Translations under genes and position numbers: made by a program
Shown: positions 1-10,769 of the stretch, in pieces
Layout of the letters: each line of letters starts with the position of its first letter
Numbering within the stretch: position 1 is the first letter of the stretch
NCBI GenBank assembly: GCA_964016885.1
Contig: OZ024741.1
Span: 235,600,001 to 235,664,000 of the forward strand
DNA length: 64,000 nucleotides
Source: Eledone cirrhosa
Taxonomy: Eukaryota
Direction of reading: 5' to 3'
Notes under the pieces: model-generated
The model's input: only the letters and a program-made list of their open reading frames with translations
Databases searched by the model: none
Told to the model about the DNA's origin: nothing

Positions 1-104
1 CAGAAACTGCAAGCTGAGAAAGCCTCTACATGGTCACTCGACATGCTAAAAATAGCAGTCAAATCACAGCCTACCATCTTAAAGGGGGAAAACACATTAA
101 ATAA

Positions 105-273
105 TTGTTTCTACTTTAGGCACAAGGCCAGCAATTACCCAGTACATTACTGGTACTTTATTTTATCGACCCCGTAAGGATGAAAGGCAAAGTTAACCTT
201 GGCAGGATTTGAACTCAGACTGTAAAGGGACGTAACTATGGTAGAAAGCATGGCGTCCAACCCTCTACCGATA
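105..273 (-). mobile_element. tRNA-derived SINE family A, copy lacking its extreme 5' end
   Basis: Near-identical to the copies at 1611, 3607, 20254, 42621 and 45147. The minus strand has a B-box GAGTTCAAATCC followed by the core GCCTTTCATCCTTACGGGGTCGATAAAATAAAGTACCAG. Confidence 0.85.
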
Positions 274-1428
274 TGTTCTCTGAGATAAGTAATGGTAATG
301 CCTGTAAATAAGATAGGGTAGTCATGGCTGAAATGGTTTAAATTATAGATCTGCTTCAGTAAGAGCTGATCTATTTCAGTACCAGTAGAAACATCTGTCT
401 TTGAGAATGGATCCTACCTACAATTTTAGACTCTTCTTTTTCCTCACACCAGTTTATTTTACTTGTGAAAAGTAGTTAGTAATTAAACTCATTAACTACT
501 AACACAAACTACCATTATTTTATCTCAGTTGAACCCCTGTCCTTTGCAATTCCAGGAAACAACTGATTCCAAATTCCCAACTCCTTCAAACTTCCCCTTG
601 TTAGAACTCAGTTCAAAATTTCAAGAAAAACCACATGTAGGTGGGTTATAGTGGACAGTATAACACCCTGCAAGGAATTATTAGAAAATATTTGCAAATG
701 GGTTTTGTTAATTCAAATGTTTATAGTATGTTTACTAGTGGACAGTTCATTGTGAAACATTTCAGTATTGGAGTAAAGACATTTTAATGTGATGCAGTCA
801 TCATGTTGTTTTATACTTTTCAAGAATGTCTTGTTAATGCGGTTTCATGCAGTACAGCTTGTTAAGAGCTAACTCTTAAATCCTGTAGATTTAGCAGAAA
901 ATATCTAAAAATGGGTTTGTTAATTCAGTTGTTTATAATGTCTTTACAGTTAACCCTTTAACATCCTGTAATGATTCCGAAAATATTTTTAAATGGGTTG
1001 TGTTCATTCAAATGTTTATAGTAAAATTCATAGTGTGAGAGAAAAGACTTAGATTTTTAATATAACAGTCTTCAACATAAAATTGACTCATTTATGTGGG
1101 TAGTCAACCTGACTCCCTTAAAGTATAACTGTGAGGGCATATTAGCTTAGTAGTTAGGGTGTTTGGTTCATTATTGTAAGGTCATGGTTTAAATTCCCAA
1201 ATTGGCTGGTCCATTGTGTCATTGAGCAAGGTACTTCATTTCACTCGGCTGAAAAATCAACTGCGTGTTAACCTCCCGAATGACTGACAGCATACCAAAC
1301 CATGATGAATAGTTTTAAGACTAGAACCATACAGGTAGTCTTATATTTCCAGTCACTAAATACCTCAAAAAATAAACGAGCTCTAATCTGATGAACTCCT
1401 GTTCAAGAAAGACTCACTTTTGACTTAA

Positions 1429-1817
1429 CCCTTTAGCATTTAAACCGGCCAGAATTCTTTCACCCCTTTCTGTTCAAACTGGCTGTAACTGGCCACTCAT
1501 ATTAATGTTATGGTATTGTTTTCAAAATAAGTAATATCAAAATCTCATAGGCTCGATATTATGTGAGGTAAAGCCTTTACCATGAAAATACAATAGTAAA
1601 TATAGAATAATTGTTTCTACTATTGGCACAAGGCCAGCAATTACCCAGTACATTACTGGTACTTTATTTTATCGACCCTGTAAGGATGAAAGGCAAAGTT
1701 AACCTCGGCGGGATTTGAACTCAGAATGGCAAGGGCCGTAACTCTGTGTCAAAGCATGGCGTCCAACCCTCTACCGATACTGCCAATTCACCGCAGAATA
1801 ATGTAAATACTAAAGGG
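1429..1817. mobile_element. piggyBac-like non-autonomous element (MITE) interrupted by a SINE
   Basis: TTAA|CCCTTTAGCATTT...AAATACTAAAGGG|TTAA gives TTAA target duplications and about 13-bp TIRs starting CCC. An uninterrupted inverted homolog lies at 51202-51412. Confidence 0.75.
1611..1794 (-). mobile_element. tRNA-derived SINE family A
   Basis: Family sequence, flanked by direct repeat AGAATAAT (1604-1611 and 1795-1802). Confidence 0.88.
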
Positions 1818-2054
1818 TTAAGCAAGCACTATTATAGATAGATTAAACATGTAGTGATCAGTGATTCCACATGTCCTGATGCAGTACAGTATTTTAGATG
1901 ACAATTAGATAACTACTTTATATTGCACTTTGTGGATAGCATGTTACAAGTTAATCAGTAACTCTATACTCATCAACCTTCGATTGTCATCTTTTCCAGA
2001 TTTACTATACTGCTATTTATTCTTGTTGGTAAGCATGGTAATATATATATATAT

Positions 2055-2180
2055 ATCATCATCATTATCATTTTATGTCCGCTTTTCCCTGCTTGCAAGG
2101 GTGGGACGGGAACTGATTCTGGCTTGATTTCTACAGCTGGATGCCCTTCCTAACACCAACCTCATTTACAGTGAGTGCTG
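2055..2180 (-). mobile_element. SINE family B 3' fragment (RTE-like tail)
   Basis: Matches 9511-9645. The minus strand ends in GCAAGCAGGGAAAAGCGGAC...(TGA)n. Confidence 0.75.
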
Positions 2181-3606
2181 TATATATATAAACTAAAAGT
2201 GCTCCGTACAAATGTGTAGAGCTAGATACAGATTACACACCCTCCACTCCTCACCTGGGACCCCAAAGTTTACACCACAGTCATTCTATATATTTTTTGT
2301 TTCCATCCATGTGATATCTGTAGGGTGGGGTCTGATCCTAAATAACTGTGGTCTGGAAGTGTAATCCTTGTTTATCTCATATATATACACACGCACACAT
2401 ACATTATAGATATATATATACACACACATACATGTGTGTGTATGTATACATGCATATATTTATGTGAAATGTGCATGTGTGTGTGTGTAATAGCCAACAA
2501 GGTGACAGTGGTGATTTGGTAGGCTTCCCAGGGAAGTAGGTCCATAGCCTAGAGAGAGATAGAATGTGTGTGTGCTGCTCCATGGTTAGGGGTGGGTAGA
2601 CCAGAGAGGTGGAGGTAAGAGGTGCATGGGATGTGGTGTATTGGGCCCTTCACATTAATTAACTTTGACACAGTTCTCCTGCCAGACCTCCATACCACCA
2701 CCATCCCATTCTGTCCTGCCCCCCCACCCCCTCTCCTGTGTGTTGTTTACCAGAGGCTAGTCTTCCTTAGCCTTCATCAGAAACACACACTCACCACCTC
2801 TGCCCAAACACACACCCACTACCACCTCCATCCCTGCACCACATCACACCCACCCACTAACCCCTCCACCCCTGCCCCAAAGCACACCCACCCATTACCA
2901 CCTCCATCCCTGCCCCACATCACACTGCCACCACTCCTACCCCCAAAACGCACCACCACCATTCCTTCCTCCCTCTTTCTCTTGTTCAGCCTCCCTCTTC
3001 ATCCCATTCCCCATACTCCACCCCTGCCACTCCACTAGCACACACACACACACACACTACCCCCTCTCTGACACTACTGTCTCTTCACATCTACCCTACC
3101 TCCACACCAACTTCACTCCCACCCACCTATTTCAGTCTGATAGAAGGCATTTGGTATGGTGGGGGTATTGGAGTGGTGTGGGGGTTGTAGTCATGCGGTA
3201 TGGGTGTGGCATGTGTGTAAATAGGAGTGGTGTTGGAAATTGTAGTGGTGTGGGGTGGTAGTCATGATGCCAGTAGGATGGGGGTGTATGGGTGGGTGTC
3301 TGTGTGGTGTCCTGGCTATTAGTGTTGGGGATGGTGTAGGAGTGGTATTGGAAATTGTAGTGGTGCGGGGTGGTAGTCATGGTGCCAGTCGATAGGGTGG
3401 TGGCGGGGTGTTTATATGTAGTGTCCTGGCTATTAGTGCTGTGGTGGTGGGGGGGAGCAATGGTGGTAGGGAAAGCGCTGATGATGGGGGTGTTTGTGGC
3501 AAGAAGTTGGTGTAGTGAGGGTATATATACTCTGGCAATAAAGGTGTGGTGGTGGTAAATACTGAGGTGCATTTACAGCTGGGGTGGGGGTGATAGGGTT
3601 AATAAT

Positions 3607-3791
3607 TGGTTTCTACTTTTGGCACAAGGCCAACAATTATCCCAGTACATTACTGGTACTTTATTTTATCGACCCCGTAAGGATGAAAGGCAAAGTTAAC
3701 CTTGGCGGAATTTGAACTCAGAATGGCAAGGGCCGTAACTCTATGCTGGAAAGCATGGTGTCCGACCCTCTACCGATACTGCCAATCCACC
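3607..3791 (-). mobile_element. tRNA-derived SINE family A
   Basis: Family sequence with 17-bp TSD GTGATAGGGTTAATAAT (3590-3606 and 3792-3808). Confidence 0.9.
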
Positions 3792-4207
3792 GTGATAGGG
3801 TTAATAATGGGTGTACACCAGCACCACCACTCCAACATACAAATAGATGGGAGGCAGCTTCTAGGCAAGTTTGGAACTTTGCCCATCTTACTGGGCTAAA
3901 CTTATTTTGTGTGTGTATATGGTAGGGTTGTGTGTGCAGGTGATAGGCAAGTTTTGTAGGGTTAATGTGAAGAGGTGTGTGGAGAAAGGGTGGCTGTGAT
4001 TGTGTATATGGTTTGTTGTGTGTGGATGTGTAGGGGTAGTTCATGGAAGGTGGTGGAGGGGGTGTTTGCTCTGTTGGGATGTAGTTCATGTGTATATGGT
4101 TGCTTGTGGGGGTCTTCTCTTTACATTTGTATGTGTGTGTGTGTTTTTATATATGTATATAATATTTATAAACACAAACACATTTCATGTGTGTGCATAT
4201 GTATGTT

Positions 4208-4242
<35 letters not shown>

Positions 4243-5794
4243 GAAGTGTGTGTGTATACATGTTAGTGTACAAACAAGGACACCCACTCACTAGCTCCAT
4301 ATGCCTTTACAAAATATTTTACTAATGAATCTACATTCTTGTTTGATGGTGGTGATGGTATTGTTGTCTATATGGCCATCCCTTACTAATATATATATAT
4401 ATATATATATATTACCTTGCTGTATTCTTTCATTTTGTGTCTTTGTTTTGTATTTGTCTTTCTATATATATATATATATACAAACACATTCCCATTATAT
4501 ACATGTCATGTCCCTTTATGACCTGTAACTTAATTCAATGAAATGATGTATTAAATACCAGTGATGTACTGATGTTTAATTAAATCAAACCAGTCTTCTG
4601 CAACAGGTGGGCCATTGAGGTGTTCCCTGTGTGCTTTCAAGGTCTTTTTCAGATGTTTATATGTAACAATATATACAATATACATGTGGCATAAATATAA
4701 AAAATGAGTTTACAAAAAACAATTATCCTTCCAAGACTTAACTTTTAACATCCTGTAAGATATCTAAAAACAGGCAGTTTGTTAATTCAAGTGTTTATAG
4801 TAAAGTAGCGACTTCAATTTTAAATGTGATGCAATCATAATGCCCTTTTGTAGTTTTTGTGAATGTTTTGTTAATGTGGTACAGGAGGGTAAAAAGTAAT
4901 TCTTTTCTGTCCGATGTGGTGCTATTAAGTTAGACATGGTCTGGGCCAATACTGGCCGAAACCTATAGTTAATAATGTCCTGAACATTAGATATTGATAT
5001 CTCGATCAAAAGGGTTTCTGGTCATCTCAGTTCTTAATATCAATGTCTGTAGGTGTTAACCTGGACCAGAATATTAGGTGACTTACAGTGCAGCTTAACA
5101 TACCAAATGTAGTGAGCCAAGAAAGAAACATGACATTAATCAAGTTAAGTTACTTACAACACCCCTGATGGTTTCTAACATATACAGCAATTTAGGAGGG
5201 GAGGAATTAATTAAATTGACTCCATTGGTGGACTGGTACCCTAATGAGAAGAAAAGATATGCAATAGTTTGTGGCTCTGATCTTTGGTAGTAATGCCAAC
5301 AATTCCCAACATGTCTTATTTGACTTTGTCCTATATTGGGTGTTGACCTGGGACTAAACAACAACAATACTATTACAACCACTACCAGTCTCCATCAATA
5401 CCATAAGAAACTATCACCATCATACCACTGGTAACAGATAAATCTATAAATAGATCCACTGCTACCATCACTAATGAGAGAATATTGTGTTTCCAAATTT
5501 GTTGTTGCTGCTGCTGTACTAGTGGTGGTGGATGAGTGTATGGTGTGTGGGAGGTGGGGGACGTCCTTGACAACCTCTATTCTCATTAATGTGACCGAAT
5601 ATTACTCTCTTCTACTTGGCACTGCAGTGTGTGGTGGTGGTGGTGGTGGTGGTGGTAATTGTATTGGTTGCAGTAGTGTTGGTTGTAGCATAATTTACAC
5701 CAAAGTGCTGCACATATAACAAACACTGCGGTACACAGCACAAATGTACCACCTAGACTACACAACTACACCACCATGATACCAAGCAACTTTT

Positions 5795-5943
5795 GGTTAC
5801 CACATATCTTTGGTCAAAATTCATCTGGAGCTAAACTACAGGTATAACCCCAAGCACAGCACTAGGTCACCACATATCTGTGGTTGAGGTTCATCTGGAG
5901 CTAAACTACAGCTGTAACCCCGAGCACAGCTTTAGGTCACCAC
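5795..5943. repeat. 70-bp tandem duplication (about 2 copies)
   Basis: TCATCTGGAGCTAAACTACAG occurs at 5821 and 5891 with similar flanks. Confidence 0.75.
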
Positions 5944-7187
5944 TACACCAGGCTTTGGTGCTGAGGAGTGGGTGGGCTTCAGAATATTCTGGGTGGGCAC
6001 TCTTAATTTGGAAAATTCTAAGATGGAGTTACAGTGTAAACATATCACAGTAAATCTGAGAGTACATTATTGAAAAGTAGGAGAGTAGTGTCATTCAACC
6101 TGCTAGATATAGTAGCCAAATCTCCCTCAATTCAAACTCGCCTGTCATATAAAGGAAAGAAAGACACATTGGATAATGTGATCCTAGCTATAAGCAAAAA
6201 ATGGGGGGGAGGTCGTGGCTTGAATCACATTGATTGAACCATAGGGTTGCATTGGGTGGGGGCAGATAACTAGCATCCCATCCTGCCCAATACTCCAGTT
6301 AAGTAATGTAAAGCTCATTAGTCTCCCCCCACCACCTCACACTACCTACACTGTTCTACCACTACAGCTTCACCTTCCACTCCTCCACGACCACCACCAG
6401 TACACACATACACTCTACTAATACACATATAATCCCCAATACACATACTTTGCACCACCAGTACATACACACGCTACCACCCTCTGCTACATACATACAC
6501 TCCACTACCACTCCCAGTACACACATACCCCACCCTGGTGCCCCCACCATTACACACAAAAACACTCCCGCTACCACCCCAGTACACATATATACCACCA
6601 CCTCACCATTACACACATACACTCCACCACCACCCCCACGACCTGCACTCTTCCTCCCACCCTAACCACAGCCCATCTCCCTCTAAGCTCCACCAGCACA
6701 CACTGTCACTACTGCCAACAATCCCCCATCTCACCACCACCACCACCACCACCACCAGCAAACTGTCACTACTGCCAACACCCCCACCACCACCACCAGC
6801 ACACTGTCACCACCATTGCCAACATCCTCCCTCCACCAACACACTATACCACTGCCAACATTACACCACCTCTACCCCCACTACTCAACAACCCACTACC
6901 ACTACCTCTGCCAGCATTATCAGCACAAAAAAAAAAAAAAAACAATACCACCCCCATCACCAACAGTAGTAATACATTATCATAATCATCATCAACATCA
7001 CACACCACCACAGCTCTCACCTCACTTAATAACACCCCCCCCCCCACACACACACACACCCTCTGCTACCATCACCATCAAGTCACCCCCCCCCCCTCTT
7101 TCTCTCTATTTTCTGCTGTCAGTCCTCCAAGTATGTGTGTATGTGTGTCTTTACTGTACACACTGCTATGGCAATGAGTCACAAGCA

Positions 7188-8583
7188 TATATATATATAT
7201 ATATGTGTGTGTGTATGTATATATATGTGTATGTATATGTATATGTATGTGTATGTGTATATATATATATGTGTGTATGTATATATATATGTGTATGTAT
7301 ATATATATGTGTATGTATATATATGTGTGTATGTATATATATATGTGTATGTATATATATATGTGTATGTATATATATATGTGTATGTATATATATGTGT
7401 ATGTATATATATATGTGTATGTATATATATATATATATGTGTATGTATATATGTGTATGTTTATATATGTGTGTATGTTTATATATGTGTGTATGTATAT
7501 ATATATATGTGTATGTATATATATATATGTGTATGTATATATATATATATGTGTATGTATATATATATATGTGTATGTATATATATATATGTGTATGTAT
7601 ATATATATATGTGTATGTATATATATATATGTGTATATATATATATATATGTGTGTATATATATATATATATGTGTGTATGTATATATATATATGTGTAT
7701 ATATATATATGTGTATATATATATATATATGTGTGTATATATATATATATGTGTGTATGTATATATATATATGTGTATATATATATGTGTGTATGTATAT
7801 ATATATATGTGTATATATATATATGTGTATATATATATATGTGTGTATGTATATATGTGTATATATATATATATGTGTATATATATATATATGTGTATAT
7901 ATATATATATGTGTATATATATATATATGTGTATATATATATATGTGTGTATATATATATATATATGTGTATATATATATATATATGTGTATATATATAT
8001 ATATATGTGTATATATATATATATATATGTGTATATATATATATATATGTGTATATATATATATATGTGTGTATATATATATATATGTGTGTATATATAT
8101 ATATATGTGTGTATATATATATATATGTGTGTATATATATATATATGTGTATATATATATATATGTGTATATATATATATATGTGTATATATATATATAT
8201 ATGTGTATATATATATATATATGTGTGTATGTATATATATATGTATGTGTATATATATATGTATGTGTATGTATATATGTATGTGTATGTATATATATAT
8301 GTGTATGTATATATATATGTGTATGTATATATATATGTGTATGTATATATATATATGTGTATGTATATATATATGTGTATGTATATATATATATGTGTAT
8401 GTATATATATGTGTATGTATATATATGTGTATGTATATATGTATGTGTATATATATATGTATGTGTATATATATATGTATGTGTGTATATATATATGTGT
8501 ATGTGTGTATATATATATGTGTATGTATATATATATATATGTATGTGAATGTATATATGTGTGTGTGTATATATATGTATATG
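7188..8583. repeat. Compound (TA)n/(TG)n microsatellite, about 1.4 kb
   Basis: Almost purely alternating TA/TG. It explains the six-frame Y/I/C/V/M/H/T pseudo-ORFs. Confidence 0.97.
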
Positions 8584-9510
8584 GACATTCACACAGCAGA
8601 CTGTTGTGTGTGTTAGTGATGGCATGATGGTTAGCTTGGTGGTGGTGGTGGTGGTGGTGGTGGTGGTGACTTGCAAGGTCCAGTGGGGTAGGCCAATGGC
8701 AACAGAAATACAGACACATATATATATGTATATATTTATATATATATATGTATAAACACTGTAAAGCAGTTAGCAATATGAAGGGTATCTGTCTGTAAAA
8801 AGAAACTGGCGAAATAGAACACATAAGGAAAACATAGTCATCTAACTGGTCAAATCTCAGAACCTGAAAACCTATGCTAGTATTGGTATATATACAATTG
8901 GCTTGTACCATATGGTTTTGTGAGAGTAAAGTGTGTTATATCATATATAATTATAGGGACAACTCAAGATAAAAAGAACTCTTAGTCTTGCTGGGGTCAG
9001 GATAACCTCTCTAATGCTAGTGCCATGCTCTAGTGCAAAATTGGATGCCCTTTCTATTAAATAGTGACCAATTGAGAAACCATGCTAGAAATGGAATGTG
9101 TGAACAATATGTGGTCCTTGATCTATATAAGAACTCATTCTGTGTGTGTGTGTGTGTATATATACATGTCTATGATGATACATACTGTTGCAAGGTGTCA
9201 GTGGTGTGATCTGCAGTTGATAGATATTGAAGGGTGTGTCCCACACTGCAAGCTGTGTGTATAAAGGTGTGTCTGTATAAGCACACAACACGCTGTAAAT
9301 GCAGTGGGTGGAATGTTTCAATTAACTGAATGTATCTGTATATATTGTTCCTTGTGTATGTATGTATGTCTATTTGATTTCTGTATAGTGAGTGTGTATG
9401 TATATATATAATGTAGTTGACATGATCTGCTTATTTTCTGTATACAGGTCATATGCTTTTAGCTACATCATATACAGTGCACTTGACTACACTCAGTATA
9501 GCATCATATA

Positions 9511-9857
9511 TCATCATCATCATCATCATTTCATTTTACGTCCGCTTTTTCCCTGCTTGCAAGGGTGGGACGGGAACTGATTTTGCCTTGATTTCTACAG
9601 CTGGATGCCCTTCCTAACACCAACCTCATTTACAGTGAGTGCTGGGTGCTTTTTTGCCGCGGCACCTCCACGACCACTTTGCAGTGGAATGATATGGACC
9701 CCAGTCCCTATCATCTCATTTCTACAGCTGAGTAAACTGGAGCAATGTGAAATAAAGTGTCTTGCTCAAGGAAACAACACATCACCCAGTCTGACAATTG
9801 AACTCACAACCTTTTGATTGCAAGGCCAATGCTCTAACCACTAAGCCATGTGCCTCC
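9511..9857 (-). mobile_element. tRNA-derived SINE family B, full length, with RTE-derived 3' tail
   Basis: Minus strand: A-box TGGCTTAGTGG, B-box GAGTTCAATT, central TCCTTGAGCAAGACACTTT, and tail GCAAGCAGGGAAAAAGCGGACGTAAAATGA...(TGA)n matching the LINE end at 48610-48653. Confidence 0.88.
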
Positions 9858-10579
9858 ATTATATATATATATATATATACACACACATAAAGTACCATCC
9901 TTGAAATTACAAATTCTGGGGTCTATATGATCAACTCAAATTTCCTTAAGGCTGTGTCCTTGCCAGTATGGCTGCCATCTAATGACTGAAACCAGTCTAA
10001 GAGAATATATATATTTACACACATGAGAAAAGTATACTCTTACTTGAAACCTACAGTGTTTGTAGTTTCTGACCATCTTGCCTTCTTTTTGTTTCTTGTT
10101 AGCTTAAACTTAAAAACATTTAGAACGTGATTTTTGTGTTCCACAAGTCTTTGTCACTATAAAATCTGACGTGTAACTATTTTGTTGTCTACAACAATGA
10201 AAACTCAGCACTTCTGTAGTTTTGTCACAGTGCACAAACTTGCTCACATGTGAATAGTTCTTACATTGGTACTAGACCACAAATGTAGTTCTTTGACTCT
10301 TTTCCCACATATCTATAAATTTAAGTTGTTATGGGAGGAGATAAAAGAGATGAGTCCCACCATTTCCACTAATTCAACAGTGTAAGGTGTGAAGCAAGGA
10401 GGGAAAATGTATCTCTTACTATCAATGTTATTTATAACTAAATGATGATTACTGTGTATGGTATGAAACTTAAGTAACTTGGGTAATATATATTTATTTT
10501 AGTCTGTATCTTTTTCTAGACCCCATTCTTTGCATCTTAATTGATTTTTAAAAAATAAATGAAAATACATTGTAACATG

Positions 10580-10628
10580 TTTTTTGTTTTTTTGTTTATA
10601 TATTTAATTTTTTTCATTTATTTTTCAG
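10580..10628 (+). promoter_or_regulatory. Putative 3' splice acceptor of the zinc-finger coding exon
   Basis: Long T-rich tract ending TTTTTCAG|G (AG at 10627-10628), about 140 nt upstream of the first in-frame ATG. Confidence 0.6.
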
Positions 10629-10769
10629 GTGCCTACATTCATAACAAGTTAAATGGATCACCTGCTGAAGTTCCTGTTAAAATAAAGTCTAAATATTATT
10701 TTCTGTGCTGAATATTGAAACCTTGTGTGTTCAGCTTTGAGAGTCGAAGTGAGATTTTCTTTAAAAAAA

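Noticed and set aside
1388-1416. CTGATGA...GAAA as a hammerhead
   Set aside because: No valid stem II, stem III or stem I pairing.
2622-4266. Pro/His/Thr-rich and Val/Cys-rich ORFs
   Set aside because: Low-complexity CA/GT-skewed DNA with no recognisable domains.
6816-8911. Long ORFs (370-600 aa) in all six frames
   Set aside because: Artefact of the TA/TG microsatellite, which lacks stop codons.
9780-9857. tRNA genes in SINE heads (also 42700-42806 and 45147-45240)
   Set aside because: A/B boxes are present, but no complete cloverleaf is evident and each continues into a SINE body.
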